A stretch of 52,804 nucleotides of DNA, counting the filler, from Bipalium vagum (lineage: Eukaryota): assembly GCA_037834085.1 (NCBI GenBank). It is 3 parts of 3 records of this genome, joined end to end, with 100 filler letters (N's around TTAATTAATTAA, not from the genome) between each part and the next. Parts side by side here need not be neighbours in the genome. Positions count along the whole stretch, not along the records: positions 33,411 to 52,804 come from JBBMKC010003969.1; 2 more parts are not named here. One strand, given 5' to 3'. A model generated the notes under the pieces. The model was not told where the DNA came from, searched no databases, and saw nothing but the letters and a program-made list of their open reading frames with translations. Below, piece after piece: positions 48,543 through 52,804 of this stretch. Positions within the stretch are counted from its first letter, which is position 1; every line of letters begins with the position of its first letter. A program made the translations under genes and the position numbers.

Positions 48543-49611
48543 TATATATTATGATATGAAATGTAATAAATCGAAATTAATATTATTTATTGATTTATTT
48601 ATTTTTTGATATAAAGAATAGAACGGAAAGAAAAGAAATATGAACTTAACAATAATTTTATAATAAAAATATATTAACTCTGCTATCTCCCTCCAATTTA
48701 CTATACATTGGTATACTAACATGACTCGTAAAAATAAAAAAATGAAAATAAAACAAAATCAGAATAAAATTTTTTTATTCACAATGTATACATAAATACA
48801 ATACATGCTTTTTACATAAATATTTACCACAAGAGTAACATATGGTATTTATTTTTTCATCGCATTTAGGAGAGTAAAATCGACAACGAGCACGCTTATT
48901 ACTTACATTAGTGATTCTGACTCAATCATTGTCAAAATTTCGTCATGACATTTTGATTTTTTGACTACCTACTGAGCGTGTTCGGATTTTGACATTGTTT
49001 TTTTCAACCACGAAATATTCTATATGTCTCTTTTCATGTTGATCCATGAACAATCTTCTCTTTGTCAGCAATTTTTGATTCAAACCTCGATTCATACTTC
49101 TCCATGAAATAATAATAATATTACTAATAAAAATAAGAACATTTTATAATAATTTTTTAAAAATATATACATTGATATAATTAGAATGGATTTATTGATC
49201 TTGGCGAAACGTTTGAAGATATCAGAAAATCATAGTAAGATAAATAATTTTTGACACTTATTAACTGATACAATTATAATAGTGCTTGGTAAATAATTAC
49301 CATGTTTTTGGCTGGTATAATATTATCGAAACTATTTTATGCTTGATTGAAAACCTTAGAAATAATATTTTGCTAAAAATGACAACGGAACTCCTTTATT
49401 TAAATACAAGACAATTTTCAAAAAGTTGGTAAAATAAATCTTGAATTGTATAAATATTATTATTGAAAAAAAATTGTAAAATAAAAATCAATAATAGAAA
49501 TTTAAGGAAAAAACCACAAAGAGCCCACATTTTTAAAAACTAAAATTGCTAAAAATAAGTTATGAAAATGTAAAATGAGAAAGTAATATTTTTATTATTG
49601 ATCCTCCATTT

Positions 49612-50337
49612 CTATTGTGACAGCTTACATGTCAATGAACGGATCTGTCTGAAAACATTTGGATTGCGGGTCGGCAAATATCGAGCAATAGACATCATAT
49701 CCGTAAAACCGGGAAATTCATTTTCCTTCAGACCACCTTTAATTAAGATTTGACAAAAAAAGATGGGAAGCTTCACTGGAGTATGGAGAATATAAACTTG
49801 TAGTTCCTTAATCCTTTCCAAGTCCACAGTTGGCTTTAAAGTAAATTTGTGATAGTTGACATGTTTTCTGCTGAAATTGCGATATATATGTTCTCCTACT
49901 TCCTTTGATATGACTCTATTAGAATCTATATCTAATCCGTGTACGTACCATACATGTGGGGACCTCTTTATTTTGATCTTGACTAAATAATCCTTTTGGT
50001 CGTCAAAAAGAGAATAATGTCCAAGCATGTAAGAATATCCTACTATTTTATCGTTAGTGAAATGAGTTTGTCCTATTCGAAACGTCTTTGCATAGTTCTT
50101 GATAACGACAATTGTATTTAAAAGAGACTTGTGCAAGTAACTGAATTTCTCATAATGGACTTTACAGAGCGGACAGGAGGAGTCTCTATCCAGATTTCTT
50201 ATCGCCAAGCAGTCATAATGAAAGTCGTGCTCACAGCCTTGGATTTTTATAAATTTATAATCTAGTTTGGTCTTCTTACAAATTGAACAAAAAAGATTTT
50301 CTTCGTTGTCCATTATCATAAAATCATTTTTTCTCAT
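49612..50337 (-). CDS. Intronless RING-H2 finger protein with an unknown C-terminal domain (241 aa)
   Basis: CSIC-x14-CEHDFHYDC-x11-CPLC (C3H2C3). gccATG context. TATAAAA ~35 nt upstream. Confidence 0.75.
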   Translation of the reverse strand: MRKNDFMIMDNEENLFCSICKKTKLDYKFIKIQGCEHDFHYDCLAIRNLDRDSSCPLCKVHYEKFSYLHKSLLNTIVVIKNYAKTFRIGQTHFTNDKIVGYSYMLGHYSLFDDQKDYLVKIKIKRSPHVWYVHGLDIDSNRVISKEVGEHIYRNFSRKHVNYHKFTLKPTVDLERIKELQVYILHTPVKLPIFFCQILIKGGLKENEFPGFTDMMSIARYLPTRNPNVFRQIRSLTCKLSQ

Positions 50338-50479
50338 GGCTATTCTTAAATGTAATGTTTTTCAAACTTCTTTTATATGATAACTTATATAATGTTCTTC
50401 ATGAAAATACGGAAATATAGAGCAGTTATATATGAATAAAGGAAATGAAAACATTACATTTTTAAAGTTTTAGAATGGA

Positions 50480-51625
50480 TGTGGGGTAATTTTTCCTATC
50501 TGACTCCTAAGGTAGTGTACTAATCACAAAGGCAAAAAGACAACTATGTTTTCCAATGTTGACATAATTTCCTTACTTATTTGTTACATAAAAATATTCA
50601 CTATTATTTCTGATTTATCATCTTTATCATAAACTGAGATTTATTTTTATTTATTTCTTTTTCTTATTACTGCCGTTAATATTTTGGTTTTATAAAAAAA
50701 TATTTTTAATTTTATTATTAAAAAGATTTGATTATTATTATTACTGCTATTGATATTATTGTTGTCACCAGTTGTGACATTTATTCCCTAAATCTATAAT
50801 GATCAGTTATTTTTGTTAATCCCATAGTTAGATTCATTATCACCAACTTTGACATTTTTACTTCAATTCCATAAAGACCCACACCTACTGCTCATTCAAA
50901 TATAATTGTTTAATAGTTTCGCCCACAGGTTTTTCATTATTTATTTATATTTTTTAATTCATATTTCTTTTCCAGATTCCCACTTCTGTCCCAGACGACC
51001 GGTTTTCGATGACCTTTGATTTCAAGTGGCGTAGGTATATTTTATTTCTTATTTATAAATATTTGGTAGGAAGCCACACTTTAGGGTCAAGTTGTTTAAA
51101 TGCTTCATTTTTACTATCAAGGTTATTTTAGTATAATAATCTTAATATTAAATATTGTATTAATAAGTTCATTCTTCTAAATTCCAATGCATTTTCTTCA
51201 TTCATCATATAATTCATTATTTCTAAAATAATTCATGTATATTTTAAATTGATAAAAATTTATGAATGAAATAAATAATTAATTGATATATTTAAACAAC
51301 TTGACCTTAAATTGTGACTTCCTACCAAATATTTTTAATTTTATTAACGAATTTTTTTAACTTTTGCAAATGATTATTAAAAAGAATTAATTATTTTTTA
51401 ACTTTTACAATAAAAGGTATCACAAGTCTCAAAATGAAATGTTTTTAATATTGAATAAAATGTTGTAACCACATAAAATATAATAAATTATGATCACATA
51501 AAATAAAATACTATTCTTTTCATAAATTGATATTGATATTGAAACTGGTTGTTGCCGAAATATACGTTGATTTAATTGAACTGTTATCTTCTATCTTCTT
51601 TTCTTAAGTTCCGATGATTCCCACA
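50480..51625 (+). mobile_element. Solo-LTR-like element, family B, carrying a nested MITE
   Basis: TGTGGG...CCCACA termini, both ends homologous to 6568-8135. AATAAA cluster at ~51409-51510. About 880 bp after removing the MITE. Confidence 0.55.
51065..51326. mobile_element. 262-bp MITE, Merlin-like
   Basis: ~37-bp TIRs (ggtaggaagccacactttagggtcaagttgtttaaat / atttaaacaacttgaccttaaattgtgacttcctacc) beginning GG, flanked on both sides by 8-bp aaatattt. Confidence 0.8.
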
Positions 51626-52804
51626 CATTGTTGGCATTAAAGTCACGAGAATATAGTCAACGGATATCATAATAATGATGAAGAGTAGGTTTTTCTCATA
51701 GCAATGACATTCAGAAACACTTAATTGAAACCTTGTCTTTTGAGAAAAAATAACCGAAGTAGAGCCAGAGGGAAGGCTCTAGGTTCTTTCCTGAACAAGC
51801 ATATTCCCGAGAGATCATCAACTGTGAAGAAGAGTGAGGGTTAATCGAAGTTGTGTCTGTACAAAGGGCATAATTTCGGCAAAAAATAAATAAAAAAACA
51901 TTCCATTACAAATTTAAAAATATATGAATGGAATTTTTTTTAATGTTGTCCACAGCAACATGACGTCGTGGAGTTATTTTCTACCTACAGTAAGCCATAA
52001 TACTGAAGAGTAAGCAATGATAATAAATAAGGCTACGCTAAACTCTTAGTTTGTACATGACAAGTATTATATTAAAAATATGTTACAAATATAAATAAAA
52101 ATTCCTGTTGAAATTCGTACAGAAAAAAAGATATCGTAACTAGAGTGAACAATATTTGATGAATAAACTAAAGGAAGATCTGATGAAGAAATCAGAATGA
52201 AAATGAAAATGATCATTTATTACACTGACTGGGTGCGTAAAATTAAAATTTCTGATAAACATCAAAAGCAGCATGGTATCTCAACATGTCTTAACTGGTG
52301 AGACCATATACTAAACAGGCTAATTTCCCGATCGAACATTTGTGGTGAAGGTGAGCATCACGATATCAGTTTAAACTACTTCATGATATTACTGGTATCA
52401 CCTGGTAGTTCGAAATCGTTCCTATAGAGCAGCTGTCTAATAATAATATGATTCTGCTTCATTATTTAATATTTAATTAAATTTTGTTCAAGAAAAGTTA
52501 AGAACATATCCAATTTTAAAAGTTTTAAAGTAATTATTAAGAAAAATGGAGAGATATGAAAGAAAATAGTAAGATTTTAATTGATATTTAATTTTTGAGA
52601 TTCAGCCTCCATAACACCATTTTTATTAATATACTATGGTGCGCCACTTAAATCGAGAAGATAAAAATTGTTACAAATCTTACATTTTAAATTAGAAAAG
52701 TAATTTTCTGCATTGTTTAAATTAATAATTTAATCATTAACTTGTAAATTATAAATCAAATTTTAGAAATGAATTCCGAAAATGAAAGCAGGGCTGCCAT
52801 AATT

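Noticed and set aside
50832-51034. Small host-gene exons
   Set aside because: They lie inside the family B element, end in an early stop and have no recognisable homology. Treated as element-internal splice signals.

Overview
This is AT-rich eukaryotic DNA from an invertebrate animal, not prokaryotic DNA. The window is three separate contigs (1-16415, 16516-33310, 33411-52804) joined by identical artificial N44-TTAATTAATTAA-N44 linkers, with one further N gap at 22438-22584. Recognisable genes are: the 5' part of HERC2 (one ~5 kb exon covering RLD1, cytochrome b5-like and MIB-HERC2 domains), the first two exons of inositol monophosphatase, a complete 4-exon ZIP11/SLC39A11, the last exon of ERCC6/CSB, an NHLH/NSCL bHLH gene and a solitary histone H4. 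There are also four intronless lineage-specific ORFs: a secreted protein, a 693-aa orphan, a GFG pseudokinase and a RING-H2 protein. Several introns are only 42-58 nt. This fits a compact genome such as a dicyemid or another reduced spiralian, but the organism is an inference. Intergenic DNA is full of decayed Tc1/mariner, pogo and Merlin transposons and TG...CA solo-LTR-like elements. The most interesting signal is a ~98-nt module found in four diverged LTR-like copies across two contigs. It keeps a base-paired hairpin with compensatory changes, lies downstream of a TATA/Inr and ends at a GT/GC-AA(G/T) splice-donor-like site. A related hairpin-plus-donor layout appears in other LTR-like families here. 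All alignments and folds were done by eye.
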